Source of the DNA: Alphaproteobacteria bacterium
GTDB lineage: Bacteria > Pseudomonadota > Alphaproteobacteria > Rhizobiales > JAKIUO01
Assembly: GCA_024279115.1 (NCBI GenBank)
Contig: JAJRRW010000122.1
Span: 1 to 52,069 of the forward strand
Direction of reading: 5' to 3'
DNA length: 52,069 nucleotides
Shown here: positions 9,515-19,329 of the stretch, piece after piece
How the letters are laid out: the number at the start of each line of letters is the position of its first letter
How positions within the stretch are numbered: position 1 is the first letter of the stretch
Made by a program: the position numbers and the translations under genes
Notes under the pieces: model-generated
Told to the model about the DNA's origin: nothing
What the model saw: only the letters and a program-made list of their open reading frames with translations
Databases searched by the model: none

Positions 9515-10114
9515 TTATGCTTTAAAGCCATCAAGCAGCAGATCCAGAAGTCGAGCACCTTCGGCAGGCAGGTCGAAGCAGCGGGCGTTCAGAGACCAGC
9601 GCATGGCGAGGCCTTGTATGAGTGCCAGAACGAGAAAGGCGGCGTCGTCTGCATCCAGTGTTTTTTTGACCCGCCCGCCGTCGATTTCTGCGGTGATCAT
9701 TTTGGAAAAATGCTGGTGACGGCTGGCAATCAAGCCGGCAAAAAAAGTGCGTAGCTTTTCATTGTCCGCGTGCAGTTCGCGCGAAAACAAAATGGCCGGG
9801 ATGGCCGGTGTGGCCTCGAAAAAAGTCAGATGTCCAATGACAAATTCACGTAGGCCATCGACCGGACGCGCTCCCCTTTTTTTTGTGAGGGCCATTTTGG
9901 CCTGCAGTAATTTGCCGATGTGCTGGCCGACGGCTTCCCATATCGCTCCTTTGGTGGGGAAATGCCGGAAGATGCCGGGTTGCGAAATGCCGATCTCTTT
10001 GGCCAGCAGCTCCGTTGTCATGCGATCGGGGCCGATTTCCCCAGCCAGCCGCAGGGTTGCATTGACGATTTCTGCTTTGCGTTCTTTAGCACTTTTTCTC
10101 GTGCGGGTTGCCAT
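9515..10114 (-). CDS. TetR/AcrR family transcriptional regulator
   Basis: 199 aa with N-terminal HTH RKAEIVNATLRLA...TTELLAKEIGISQPGIFRHFPTK. Confidence 0.93.
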   Translation of the reverse strand: MATRTRKSAKERKAEIVNATLRLAGEIGPDRMTTELLAKEIGISQPGIFRHFPTKGAIWEAVGQHIGKLLQAKMALTKKRGARPVDGLREFVIGHLTFFEATPAIPAILFSRELHADNEKLRTFFAGLIASRHQHFSKMITAEIDGGRVKKTLDADDAAFLVLALIQGLAMRWSLNARCFDLPAEGARLLDLLLDGFKA

Positions 10115-10139
10115 GGGAGCCCTGCCTTTTTGTCATTAT

Positions 10140-10511
10140 CTATTTACGGACAGTAAAATATATACCTTCGGAATTGCGGTATTTGTTGCCGCCAAGATGT
10201 TCGAATGTAACACAGGTCCGGCCTTTGCGCGGGCCGCTGGTGAGAAGCATACAAATGCCATTGTCACTATAGCTCCAGGTGCCAGAACCCGACATGAACG
10301 GAAACTTCATGGTGACCGAGCCATCATTCTGGTACAAGATTTTCACTGACAGACCCATGCGTTTGGCGTCGAGCGTCTTGCCGATAATGTCTTGCGAAAT
10401 CTGCTCTTTTGTCAAAGTTGTGGTCGCTGCGGCCATGGTCGAGGCGGCAGTTACCAGAACTGCACAAAGCGCCAGGCCGGTGATTGTCATGCGGTTGCGA
10501 AAAGCTGACAT
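10140..10511 (-). CDS. Small secreted hypothetical protein
   Basis: Signal-peptide-like N-terminus (RNR, hydrophobic stretch, AAA) and a beta-rich body with two Cys. GGGAGA RBS; first gene of the apparent tetR operon. Confidence 0.75.
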   Translation of the reverse strand: MSAFRNRMTITGLALCAVLVTAASTMAAATTTLTKEQISQDIIGKTLDAKRMGLSVKILYQNDGSVTMKFPFMSGSGTWSYSDNGICMLLTSGPRKGRTCVTFEHLGGNKYRNSEGIYFTVRK

Positions 10512-10541
10512 ATTATTTCTCCCATATGCGAACTTGAATAA

Positions 10542-10570
10542 AAGTTAGTAATAGATAACTAACTTGTCAA
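10542..10570 (-). promoter_or_regulatory. Palindromic operator AAGTTAGT-N8-ACTAACTT overlapping a sigma70-like promoter
   Basis: Perfect 8-bp inverted repeat at 10542-10565. The minus strand reads TTGACA (10570-10565), 17 nt, TAACTT. Confidence 0.7.
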
Positions 10571-10633
10571 TATTAATTTGTTCTAATTTGGGCGAACGGG
10601 CAGGCAGACCACGAGCCAAGATTTTGAGCTGCG

Positions 10634-12121
10634 TCACAGGTTTGCAAATAAAAGCGGACCAATGGTCATGGCCAGGATGGTCACCACCAATATGCTTATC
10701 ACGTCCAGAATTGCTCCGGTTTTGAGCATATCGGCCACTTTAATGGCCCCGGAACCAAATACAATGGCGTTGGGCGGTGTCGCGACCGGCAGCATGAAGC
10801 CGATGGTCGCGGCCAGTGCCACCGACATCACAAGCAATACAGGGTCAAGGCCAAGTCCCGCTGCGCTCGCTCCTGCGATGGGCAAAAATATTGCAGCAAC
10901 GGCGGTGTTGCTGGCCAGCTCGCCCAGCAGTACGATCACCAGGAAGATGCCGAGTAGAAAAACAAAGATTGGCAAAAAGGACAAAACAGTCGCTGCGCCG
11001 CCAATCCATGCAGCAAGGCCGCTCGAACTGATGGCCCCAGCAAGGGCAATGCCGCCACCAAACAAGAGCAGGATATCCCAGCGTATTTTGGCGGCGTCCT
11101 GCCAGTCGAGAAGGCGTTGGCGATCCCCCCGCGAGGCGGGCAGGATGAACAGCAACAGCGCGGCGGTAATGGCAATGCCCGCATCGCTCAAATGCAGAGC
11201 GGGAAAATAGCCATCCAGCAGGCTGCGAAACACCCACAAGAAAGCTGCGAGCGCAAAAATAATGGCCACAAGACCTTCGGCCCGGCTGAACTTGCCCAGC
11301 TTGGCCTCCTCGCGTTCAATATGCTGATCGCCAAGAATATGGCGCGAAATGTCGAAGCGAAAAGAATATCTGGTGATCAGCAACCATGCCAATGGCAGCA
11401 GGATGATGACCGCGGGGACACCAATCATCATCCAGCGCCAGAATTCGATGTCGATGCCATATGTCTTGCTCATGAACCCGGCGAAAAGCGCGTTGGGCGG
11501 GGTGCCGATCAAGGTTCCCATACCGCCAATGGTCGCTGAATAGGCGATGGCCAGCATCAAGGCGGTCGAAAATTTGGCGATGTCAGCTTGTTCGTGTTCA
11601 CTGGCCCGCGCGCCAATGGCGAGAATAATGGATTGCCCGATGGGCATCATCATCATGGTGGTTGCCGTGTTGCTGACCCACATGCTCAAAAAAGCGGTGG
11701 TCATCATGATGCTGGCAATAATGCCCGAGAGAGACTGGGCGCCCCGTTGCAAAAGACCGTAAGCAATGCGCTGACTTAACTGTTGTTTGACCATGGCCTG
11801 AGCCATCAAAAAACCGCCAAGAAACAAAAATATCAGCGGATTGGCATAGGCGGGAAGCGTCGCTTGAAGAGGGGAAATATCAAGAGCTGGAAACAGCACG
11901 ATGGGCAACAAGGCTGTCGCCGCCAGCGGTATCGCTTCGCTCATCCACCACAAGGCCATGAGTAGACAAACGGCCGCCACAGCCCAGCCCTTGGAGCTAA
12001 GTCCAGCGGGTGCTGGAAGTAGCAGCATGATCAGCGCAAGGACAGGCGCAGCGATCAATGTTACTTGCCTTATCCCCTCTTCAGGATCCCTTTTGAGTTC
12101 TGTGAGCATATTTGAGAACAC
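10634..12121 (-). CDS. SLC13/DASS family Na+:dicarboxylate/sulfate symporter
   Basis: Motifs WWMSEAIP, SMWVSNTATT, IGTPPNA, ELASNTA and MLPVATPPNAIVF. Start moved to GTG 12121 because AAGGAGG lies 8 nt upstream. Confidence 0.92.
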   Translation of the reverse strand: MFSNMLTELKRDPEEGIRQVTLIAAPVLALIMLLLPAPAGLSSKGWAVAAVCLLMALWWMSEAIPLAATALLPIVLFPALDISPLQATLPAYANPLIFLFLGGFLMAQAMVKQQLSQRIAYGLLQRGAQSLSGIIASIMMTTAFLSMWVSNTATTMMMMPIGQSIILAIGARASEHEQADIAKFSTALMLAIAYSATIGGMGTLIGTPPNALFAGFMSKTYGIDIEFWRWMMIGVPAVIILLPLAWLLITRYSFRFDISRHILGDQHIEREEAKLGKFSRAEGLVAIIFALAAFLWVFRSLLDGYFPALHLSDAGIAITAALLLFILPASRGDRQRLLDWQDAAKIRWDILLLFGGGIALAGAISSSGLAAWIGGAATVLSFLPIFVFLLGIFLVIVLLGELASNTAVAAIFLPIAGASAAGLGLDPVLLVMSVALAATIGFMLPVATPPNAIVFGSGAIKVADMLKTGAILDVISILVVTILAMTIGPLLFANL

Positions 12122-12295
12122 GGTGTCAGCCTCCTTTATACGCAATGAGCGCCCATCAGCACTTGCCTCGCCGGGCGGGCATCTTTGCAGATGGCATTGG
12201 GGACTAGTCCCCCAAACCCCTTGTATGACAAATGGTTTCCAAAGGCTCGCCTTTGGTTCCAGCTGAACAAGCAGCCCGCCCGGCGAGGGCATTTT

Positions 12296-13546
12296 TTATA
12301 TCGTCACGGTTGCAACGGCATCACGCAGGCGCTGTGTGGCAATCAGATAGGCGGCCTGGCGATAGCTGCACTGTTTTCCTGTGGCAACGGCAAACACCTC
12401 ATCGGAGGCCTTTGACAGTTTGGTGGTCAGCTGCTCGGTGATCTGGTTTTTTTCCCATGGCATCTGCTGCATATTCTGCACCCATTCGAAATAGCTGACG
12501 ATGACGCCGCCGGCATTGGCCAATATATCAGGAAGCACGGGAATACCACGCTCCATGAGCACCTGATCTCCTTCAAAAGTGGTGGGGCTGTTCGCGGCTT
12601 CTACCACCACCTTGGCCTTTATTTCGCGGGCCGTTTTGCCATCAATCACGTTGCCCATGGCCGCAGGTACCAAAAAGTCGCAAGGTAATTTGAGAAGATC
12701 TTGATTGCTGATCTGGCGGGCCTGCGGATAGGTGGAAACGGGCTTGCCCTTTTCGCGGTGCTGGCAAATAGCATGAAGATCAAGCCCGGCTTCATCAAAA
12801 AGCGCGCCTTTGCTGTCGCTGATCGCGATGACTTTCATGCCAAGACGCTTGAAGGCGTTGGCGCAATGGGTGCCGACATTGCCAAACCCTTGTATGACGA
12901 CCGTTTTGCCCTCAAGCTTTTGCGCCTGGTGCCGGGCGTGTTGCTGCATGACAATGGCAACCCCGGTGCCGGTGGCCTCAGTGCGGCCTTGCGACCCGCC
13001 AATCAAAATCGGCTTTCCTGTCACGACGCCAAGCGTATATCCGTAAATCTTTGAATATTCATCTTGTATCCAGGCCATCACTTGCTCATTGGTACCAACA
13101 TCTGGCGCGGGAATGTCGAGATTGGGCCCGATGCCGCGATGAATTTTTTCCACAAAGGCGCGGGTCAGGCTTTCAAGTTCGCGGCGGCTTAAGCTGCGCG
13201 GGTCGCAATTAATGCCTCCCTTCGCCCCGCCAAACGGGACCTTTACCAGCGCCGTTTTAAGGGACATCAAAGCGGCCAGGGTGTGAGCCTCTTGCATATC
13301 GACCGAGGGATGAAATCGCAGACCGCCTTTATAAGGCCCAAGTGCATTATGGTGTTGCACGCGGTAGCCATAAAATATTTTCAGACTGCCGTCATCGCAC
13401 AGCAAGGGAAGTTGGACTTTAAACTCCCGGCTTGCCCCCGCCAGCAAGGCAAAAACCTGCTCATCATATCCAAGGGCCTGGCAGGCTTCATGGAGAAAAT
13501 GGGAGTTTCCTATTGACTGTTTTGGGGGAGTTGTTTTTTTGGTCAT
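12296..13546 (-). CDS. gdhA: Glu/Leu/Phe/Val dehydrogenase (glutamate dehydrogenase)
   Basis: Motifs GPYKGGLRFHP, PFGGAKGG, DIPAPDVGT, QGFGNVG and PDILANAGGVIVSYFEWVQN. Confidence 0.92.
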   Translation of the reverse strand: MTKKTTPPKQSIGNSHFLHEACQALGYDEQVFALLAGASREFKVQLPLLCDDGSLKIFYGYRVQHHNALGPYKGGLRFHPSVDMQEAHTLAALMSLKTALVKVPFGGAKGGINCDPRSLSRRELESLTRAFVEKIHRGIGPNLDIPAPDVGTNEQVMAWIQDEYSKIYGYTLGVVTGKPILIGGSQGRTEATGTGVAIVMQQHARHQAQKLEGKTVVIQGFGNVGTHCANAFKRLGMKVIAISDSKGALFDEAGLDLHAICQHREKGKPVSTYPQARQISNQDLLKLPCDFLVPAAMGNVIDGKTAREIKAKVVVEAANSPTTFEGDQVLMERGIPVLPDILANAGGVIVSYFEWVQNMQQMPWEKNQITEQLTTKLSKASDEVFAVATGKQCSYRQAAYLIATQRLRDAVATVTI

Positions 13547-13573
13547 TGAAGCCTCTCCAGACTGAATTTGATT

Positions 13574-13981
13574 TTACGATAGCGCTCTTTTCCACGCGGC
13601 TCTGGCAAAAAAAGCAATCAGTACCCATACGGCACTTCTCAAGGTCATAGCCTCAATGGTGCGTTGCTCATAGTCGCCGCCAGCCAAGATGTGTAAGCCA
13701 AAACCAGCATATACAAGCAGCGTTGCAACAGCGATTGCCATAGCCAGAGTGATTGCCCAGCCCCGCCACAAAAAAAGCCCGAGGCCCGCCAGAATATAAG
13801 CAAAACCGGCCATAAAATTGAACCATAGAACGGCGGGTACATAGTTTCCCGCCGCCACGCGCGCCGGGCCATCAATGAACAGGACGGACCCACCGGAATA
13901 AAGGGTCAGTGCGCCAAATGCGACGGCGACGATGGCGGCCAGTATTGCAAGCAGGGGTCTTGTCGTGGCGGTGTTTTGCAT
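13574..13981 (-). CDS. Hypothetical four-TM membrane protein
   Basis: Four hydrophobic segments and motif AGNYVPAVLWFNF.AGFAY. Start moved to ATG 13981 (AAGGAT RBS). Confidence 0.8.
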   Translation of the reverse strand: MQNTATTRPLLAILAAIVAVAFGALTLYSGGSVLFIDGPARVAAGNYVPAVLWFNFMAGFAYILAGLGLFLWRGWAITLAMAIAVATLLVYAGFGLHILAGGDYEQRTIEAMTLRSAVWVLIAFFARAAWKRALS

Positions 13982-14125
13982 GGCTCTATCCTTTTGTTTT
14001 TGTGTCCTTATCCAATTTGTAACCTGCAGGGCAGGTCGGGCAGTCATTCATCAACAAGCCCAGCGTGCTCAGGCTCCAGAAAAACCTGCGCTGGGCATTT
14101 TTGCTTTTCTGTGATCCATTGTTAT

Positions 14126-14159
14126 GTTAGTAATAAATCACTAACTAAAAACCTGTCAA
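14126..14159. promoter_or_regulatory. Second copy of the operator (GTTAGT-N8-ACTAAC) in a divergent promoter region
   Basis: GTTAGTAATAAATCACTAAC at 14126-14145 versus GTTAGTAATAGATAACTAAC at 10544-10563 (18/20 identical). Minus-strand TTGACA at 14159-14154. Confidence 0.7.
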
Positions 14160-14248
14160 GCCGAATGCGAAATTGCGGTACAATTGTGATAGTAGTGAAG
14201 GGGCGATTATAATGATGACAGGGAGCGTAACGAGCAGGAGGATGTTTT

Positions 14249-15352
14249 ATGCGGTGGAAGTTAATTGCCACACTTTTTAGTGTCGGGCTGATTTTTGGCG
14301 GTGGCTATTTCATCTGGCTTCAGTTCCAGCCCGCCGCCTTGCCCGAGGGGTTTGCCATGTCCAATGGCCGTCTGGAAGCGGAGCGCACCGATATAGCAAC
14401 CAAGCTTCCAGGCCGTATCCACAAAATTTTGGTGCGCGAAGGCGACCATGTAACCGCCGGGCAGGTTCTTGTCGAAATGGACACCGCGGAGCTTAAGGCG
14501 CAGCTGAAAGAGGGAGATGCCGCCGTTGAGGAAGTTGAGCAACAATGGCGCCAGGCCATCGCCCTTCTTGCCCAACGAAAGAGCGAGCTGGTTTTTGCGG
14601 ATGAGCAATATCAACGATCGCTAGCGCTGGGAAAAAAGGGATATACCCCGAAAGAAATGGTCCAGCAACGGCTGGCTGCCAAAATCACGGCCGAGGCGGC
14701 GGTCAATTCTGCAAATGCCGGGATCAAGCGGGCAAAGGCGGCGCTTGGCGCCGCGCAGGCCAGGGTCGAACGGTTCAAGGAAAATTTGCGCGATGCCGTG
14801 TTGCTGGCTCCGCGCGCGGGGCGCATCCAGTATCGGCTTGCGCAACCTGGAGAGGTTCTGGGAGCTGGAGGGCGTGTGCTCACCTTGCTTGATCTTACCG
14901 ATGTTTACATGACTATTTTCTTGCCAACCAAAGATGTCGGCAAGCTTGAAATTGGTGCCGAGGCGCGCATTGTTCCAGATGCCGCCTCGCAATATGTGAT
15001 CCCGGCGAGTGTCTCATTTGTGGCCTCGGATGCCCAGTTCACCCCCAAATATGTCGAGACCAGAAGCGAGCGTGAAAAGCTCATGTTCCGGGTCAAGGTG
15101 CGCTTATCGCGCGATATTCTCAAGCGCTATGCCCGGCGGGTGAAAGCTGGCATTACCGGCATCGCCTATGTGAAAATATCGACGACTGCGCAATGGCCTG
15201 ACCATCTGCTTGTCAAGCTGCCCGATGTTGAAAGCCCAGAGGTCAAGATCAAAGACCCGATAAAAGACACTCGTAAGGTTGAAGGCACTGGCAAGATTGA
15301 AGGCACTGGTAAAACCAAAGGGGCTGGCAAAATTGAAAGCACTGGCAAATGA
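14249..15352 (+). CDS. HlyD-family periplasmic adaptor subunit (YhiI-like)
   Basis: N-terminal TM; motifs SNGRLEA..DIATK.PGRI..I.V.EGD, APRAGRIQYR and AQFTPK.VET..EREKLMFRVK. AGGAGG RBS. Confidence 0.92.
   Translation: MRWKLIATLFSVGLIFGGGYFIWLQFQPAALPEGFAMSNGRLEAERTDIATKLPGRIHKILVREGDHVTAGQVLVEMDTAELKAQLKEGDAAVEEVEQQWRQAIALLAQRKSELVFADEQYQRSLALGKKGYTPKEMVQQRLAAKITAEAAVNSANAGIKRAKAALGAAQARVERFKENLRDAVLLAPRAGRIQYRLAQPGEVLGAGGRVLTLLDLTDVYMTIFLPTKDVGKLEIGAEARIVPDAASQYVIPASVSFVASDAQFTPKYVETRSEREKLMFRVKVRLSRDILKRYARRVKAGITGIAYVKISTTAQWPDHLLVKLPDVESPEVKIKDPIKDTRKVEGTGKIEGTGKTKGAGKIESTGK
15275..15346 (+). repeat. 18-bp in-frame tandem repeat x4 encoding KVEGTG/KIEGTG/KTKGAG/KIESTG
   Basis: aaggttgaaggcactggc aagattgaaggcactggt aaaaccaaaggggctggc aaaattgaaagcactggc. 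Confidence 0.85.
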
Positions 15353-18096
15353 GCGAGACATTGCATCTGGTTGCGCGGCTCACCTCCACCAGCCATTTCT
15401 ATGGAGAGGTAACCGCCCTTGATAATATTTCGATTGATCTTCCTGCAGGCCGCATGGTCGGCCTGATTGGTCCAGATGGTGTGGGTAAATCAACACTGCT
15501 TGGACTGGTTGCTGGCGTGCGCAAAATACAAAGTGGTGATGTTTGCGTGCTTGGCGATAACATCGCAGGCAAGCGCCACCGCGACGAGGTGTGTGCGCAG
15601 ATTGCCTATATGCCTCAAGGGCTGGGGCATAATCTTTATCCAACCCTCACGGTTCAGGAAAACGTCGATTTCTTTGGTCGGTTATTTGGTCAATCCTCTT
15701 ATGAACGCGCCTTGCGCATTGATGATTTGCTGCACAGTACGGGTCTGTCCCCCTTCAGGCATCGACCGGCGGGCAAGCTGTCAGGTGGCATGAAGCAAAA
15801 ATTATCCCTGTGTTGCTCATTGATCCATGACCCCGATCTGCTGATCCTTGATGAACCGACAACCGGCGTTGACCCGTTGTCACGTCGTCAGTTTTGGGAG
15901 CTGATTGATCGTATCCGCGAGCGTCGCCCCGGCATGAGCGTCATAACCGCGACAGCCTATATGGAGGAGGCGGAGCGTTTTGACTATCTGATCGCCATGG
16001 ATGAGGGAAAAATTCTGTCGACCGGGACGCCAGCCGAATTGAAAAAACAGACCGGGCAAAAAACCCTCGAAGAGGCCTTCATCTCCTTTTTGCCAGAAGC
16101 AAAACGCGCCGGGCACGAGGGTGTGGTGCTGCCTCCAAGAGGCACTCATGATGGTGGGGTGGCGATTGAAGCAAGCGGTCTCACCATGAAGTTTGGCGAC
16201 TTTATCGCTGTTGATAATGTCAGCGTTGAGATTGAACGGGGCGAAATTTTCGGCTTTCTGGGCTCAAATGGCTGCGGTAAAACCACCACCATGAAAATGC
16301 TCACGGGCCTTTTGGATCCAAGCGAGGGCACCGCCAGGCTGTTTGGCAAGCCTGTTGATGCCAATGATATGGAGACCCGCCGGCGGGTGGGGTACATGTC
16401 GCAATCCTTCTCCTTGTATGGCGAGCTGAGCGTGCGGCAAAACCTTGATCTGCACGCGCGTCTGTTTGACATTCCAAAGCGTCAAATAAACGGGCGGGTG
16501 GGGGAGATGATTGCCCATTTCGACCTTGGTGATGTGGCGGATGAGTTGCCAGGTAGCCTGCCGCTGGGGGTGCGCCAAAGATTGCAGCTTGCTGTCGCGA
16601 TGATCCACAAGCCTGAAATCTTGATCCTTGATGAACCCACTTCAGGGGTGGACCCCATTGCCCGGGATCAATTCTGGCGGCTGCTTATCGAGCTGTCTCG
16701 CCGGGATGGCGTCACCATTTTTATTTCGACCCACTTTATCAATGAAGCAGAGCGTTGCGACCGGATTTCATTGATGCACGCAGGCAAGATCCTGGCGATT
16801 GATCGGCCTGATGAGTTGCGCCGTTCGCGCGGCGCAAAAACGCTCGAAGACGCGTTCATCGGCTATCTGGAAGAGGCTGTGAATGCGGATGCTCCTGAAC
16901 AGGCCGAACCCGCCCCAAAGGGGGAAGCTCTTCAAGCCAAAACGGCAGCAAAAAAGCCCCCGTCTCGTTTGTTTGATCGCGGGCGCATGTGGGCCTTTAC
17001 GCGCCGCGAAGCCATGGAGCTGACCCGCGATCCCATTCGCATCATCTTTGCCCTGCTTGGTCCCATTATCCTGGCCATTGCCATGGCCAACGGTATTTCG
17101 TTTGACGTGGAAAAACTGGATTATGCGGTTTTTGATCAGGACCGCTCGCAAGAAAGTCAATCGTTCCTCGAAAACTTTTCCAGTTCCCGCTATTTTGAAT
17201 TGAAGCCGCCAATTCGCGTGCGTGCTGAACTGGACCGTCGTTTGCAAAGCGGTGAGCTTAAATTTGCGCTTGTGGTGCCGCCAGAATTTGGCCGCGACTT
17301 GCTGTCTGGCCGGTCCCCGGATGTGGGAGCCTGGTTTGATGGCGCGGTGACCTTTCAGGCAGAGACATCCAGAGGCTATGTGCAAGGGGTTCTGGCCACC
17401 TATCTAGCGGAGTTTTCCCGGCGCGAAAGCGGGGGGCAGGCCATTGTGCAACTGGCGCAGATCGAAACGCGCTTCCGGTATAATCAGGCATTTTTGAGTG
17501 TGTATGCCATCTCTCCTGGAGTGCTGATGCTGTTGATTTACATGTTCTCGACCATGCTGACGGCGTTGGGCGTGGTGCGAGAAAAAGAGCTGGGATCGAT
17601 CACCAATCTTTATGCCTCGCCCGCCAGCAAGCTGGAGTTTTTGATCGGCAAACAGCTGCCCTATATTGCCCTTGCCATTGTGAGTTTCTTGAGCCTTGTG
17701 ACTTTGAATATGGTGTTTTTTGGTGTGCCGGTGACAGGCAGTTTTATGGCCTTGATGGTGGGAGCCGTTTTGTTTGCCATCGCTGCCACCTCGCTTGGTC
17801 TGGTTATTTCTTCTTTTGTATCGAGCCAACTGGCAGCGATTTTTATCTCGGCCATTATTGTCATGATCCCGACGCTGAATTTTTCCGGCATGCTATATCC
17901 CGTTTCAACGCTTGAGGGGGGAGGTTGGCTCATCGGCCATAGTTTTCCAGCACTTTATTTCCAGAAGGTGACAAGCGGTGTGTTCAACAAGGGGCTGGGT
18001 TTCTCGTCTCTTTATACAAGCTATCTGTGGCTGATGCTCTTTTGCCTGGTCTTTTGGACAATGGCGGCCCTCTTTTTGAAAAAACAGGAAGCGTGA
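15349..18096 (+). CDS. rbbA: Ribosome-associated ATPase/ABC transporter RbbA (two ATPase domains plus ABC-2 permease)
   Basis: GPDGVGKS/LSGGM/DEPT and GSNGCGKT/LPLG/DEPTSGVD, then a permease domain (VVREKELGSI). ATGA overlap with the adaptor gene. Confidence 0.92.
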   Translation: MSETLHLVARLTSTSHFYGEVTALDNISIDLPAGRMVGLIGPDGVGKSTLLGLVAGVRKIQSGDVCVLGDNIAGKRHRDEVCAQIAYMPQGLGHNLYPTLTVQENVDFFGRLFGQSSYERALRIDDLLHSTGLSPFRHRPAGKLSGGMKQKLSLCCSLIHDPDLLILDEPTTGVDPLSRRQFWELIDRIRERRPGMSVITATAYMEEAERFDYLIAMDEGKILSTGTPAELKKQTGQKTLEEAFISFLPEAKRAGHEGVVLPPRGTHDGGVAIEASGLTMKFGDFIAVDNVSVEIERGEIFGFLGSNGCGKTTTMKMLTGLLDPSEGTARLFGKPVDANDMETRRRVGYMSQSFSLYGELSVRQNLDLHARLFDIPKRQINGRVGEMIAHFDLGDVADELPGSLPLGVRQRLQLAVAMIHKPEILILDEPTSGVDPIARDQFWRLLIELSRRDGVTIFISTHFINEAERCDRISLMHAGKILAIDRPDELRRSRGAKTLEDAFIGYLEEAVNADAPEQAEPAPKGEALQAKTAAKKPPSRLFDRGRMWAFTRREAMELTRDPIRIIFALLGPIILAIAMANGISFDVEKLDYAVFDQDRSQESQSFLENFSSSRYFELKPPIRVRAELDRRLQSGELKFALVVPPEFGRDLLSGRSPDVGAWFDGAVTFQAETSRGYVQGVLATYLAEFSRRESGGQAIVQLAQIETRFRYNQAFLSVYAISPGVLMLLIYMFSTMLTALGVVREKELGSITNLYASPASKLEFLIGKQLPYIALAIVSFLSLVTLNMVFFGVPVTGSFMALMVGAVLFAIAATSLGLVISSFVSSQLAAIFISAIIVMIPTLNFSGMLYPVSTLEGGGWLIGHSFPALYFQKVTSGVFNKGLGFSSLYTSYLWLMLFCLVFWTMAALFLKKQEA

Positions 18097-19223
18097 TGCA
18101 AAGACGTCTTAAAAATATTTTTCGGCTGGGGGTGAAAGAACTGAACAGTTTGCGCCGTGACCCGGTGCTGGTGTTTGTGATTTTTTTCACCTTCACCTTT
18201 GCGATTTATATTGTTGCCACCGGCGTACAGACCGAGCTGCGCAACGCCTCCATCGCGGTGGTCGATGAAGATCGCTCCGATCTGTCGCGGCAAATCAGAG
18301 CAGCCTTTCTCAAGCCCTATTTCAAGCCTCCGGTCCTGCTTGAACTAGGCGAGATTGACCGTGTGATGGATGCCAGCCAATTTGCGTTCGTCATTGATAT
18401 TCCGCCAAATTTTCAGGCGGATGTACTAAAGGCGCGCCAGCCCCGCCTGCAAGTCAATGTCGATGCCACCGCCATGACGCTGGCGGGCAATGGTGCTGCT
18501 TATATTCAAACCATCATTAATCGCCAATTGGCAGAGTTTTTGAGCAGATCTGACATGAAGCCCACGCAAGCCGTCACCATGACCATGCGCACGAAGTTCA
18601 ATCCCAATCTTCAATCGAGCTGGTTCATGTCGATCATGCAGATTGTCTCCAATATCACCATGCTGTCGCTGATCTTGTCGGGGGCTGCCGTGATCCGCGA
18701 GCGCGAGCGCGGCACCATCGAGCATTTGCTGGTGATGCCGGTGACGCCGGGTGAGATCATGCTGGCCAAAATATGGGCCAATGGACTGGCCATCATTCTT
18801 GCGGTCATCTTGTCGTTATATACGGTTGTTCAGGGCATCCTTGCCGTCAATATCAGCGGCTCAATCGCCTTGTTTGTGGCGGGAACATCGCTGTTTTTGT
18901 ATGCCATGACGGCGCTTGGCATTGTCTTGTCAACATTTGCCAGATCGATGCCGCAATTCGCTTTGCTGGCCATTCCGTTCTTCGTTGTCATGAATATGCT
19001 GTCAGGCGGCACGTCGCCTCTTGAGGGTATGCCGCAATTTTTGCAGATCATTATGCAAGCAGCTCCCTCTACGCATTTTACAAGTTTTGCCCAGGCGGTT
19101 TTATTTCGCGGTGCTGGCCTGTCGATTGTCTGGCCGCAGATGGCCGCCATGCTATTCATTGGCACAATCTTGTTTTTGACTGCTCTCATGCGCTTTCGCG
19201 CGACAATGTCTTCAGCCCATTAG
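18096..19223 (+). CDS. ABC-2 type permease (YhhJ-like)
   Basis: Motifs IFRLGVKEL, RERERGTIEHLLVMP and LSGG.SP.E.MP. The ATG at 18096 overlaps the rbbA stop (TGATG). Confidence 0.92.
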   Translation: MQRRLKNIFRLGVKELNSLRRDPVLVFVIFFTFTFAIYIVATGVQTELRNASIAVVDEDRSDLSRQIRAAFLKPYFKPPVLLELGEIDRVMDASQFAFVIDIPPNFQADVLKARQPRLQVNVDATAMTLAGNGAAYIQTIINRQLAEFLSRSDMKPTQAVTMTMRTKFNPNLQSSWFMSIMQIVSNITMLSLILSGAAVIRERERGTIEHLLVMPVTPGEIMLAKIWANGLAIILAVILSLYTVVQGILAVNISGSIALFVAGTSLFLYAMTALGIVLSTFARSMPQFALLAIPFFVVMNMLSGGTSPLEGMPQFLQIIMQAAPSTHFTSFAQAVLFRGAGLSIVWPQMAAMLFIGTILFLTALMRFRATMSSAH

Positions 19224-19329
19224 ATACCAGACCTGTTAAATGGGCCGGTTTGACGCGGCGCCGGGTTAGTTGTTGTTTTTTGGATCAAAAAACTTGTTTG
19301 CGGGCACCGGGGCGGGTTAGGTGTTGCTG

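Noticed and set aside
12122-12292. 57-aa N-terminal extension of the DASS permease
   Set aside because: A strong AAGGAGG precedes GTG 12121, and the extension looks like translated intergenic sequence.
14249-19223. Type I secretion system for the RTX protein
   Set aside because: The architecture is YhiI-RbbA-YhhJ (ABC-2 type), not HlyB/PrtD type, and there is no TolC.
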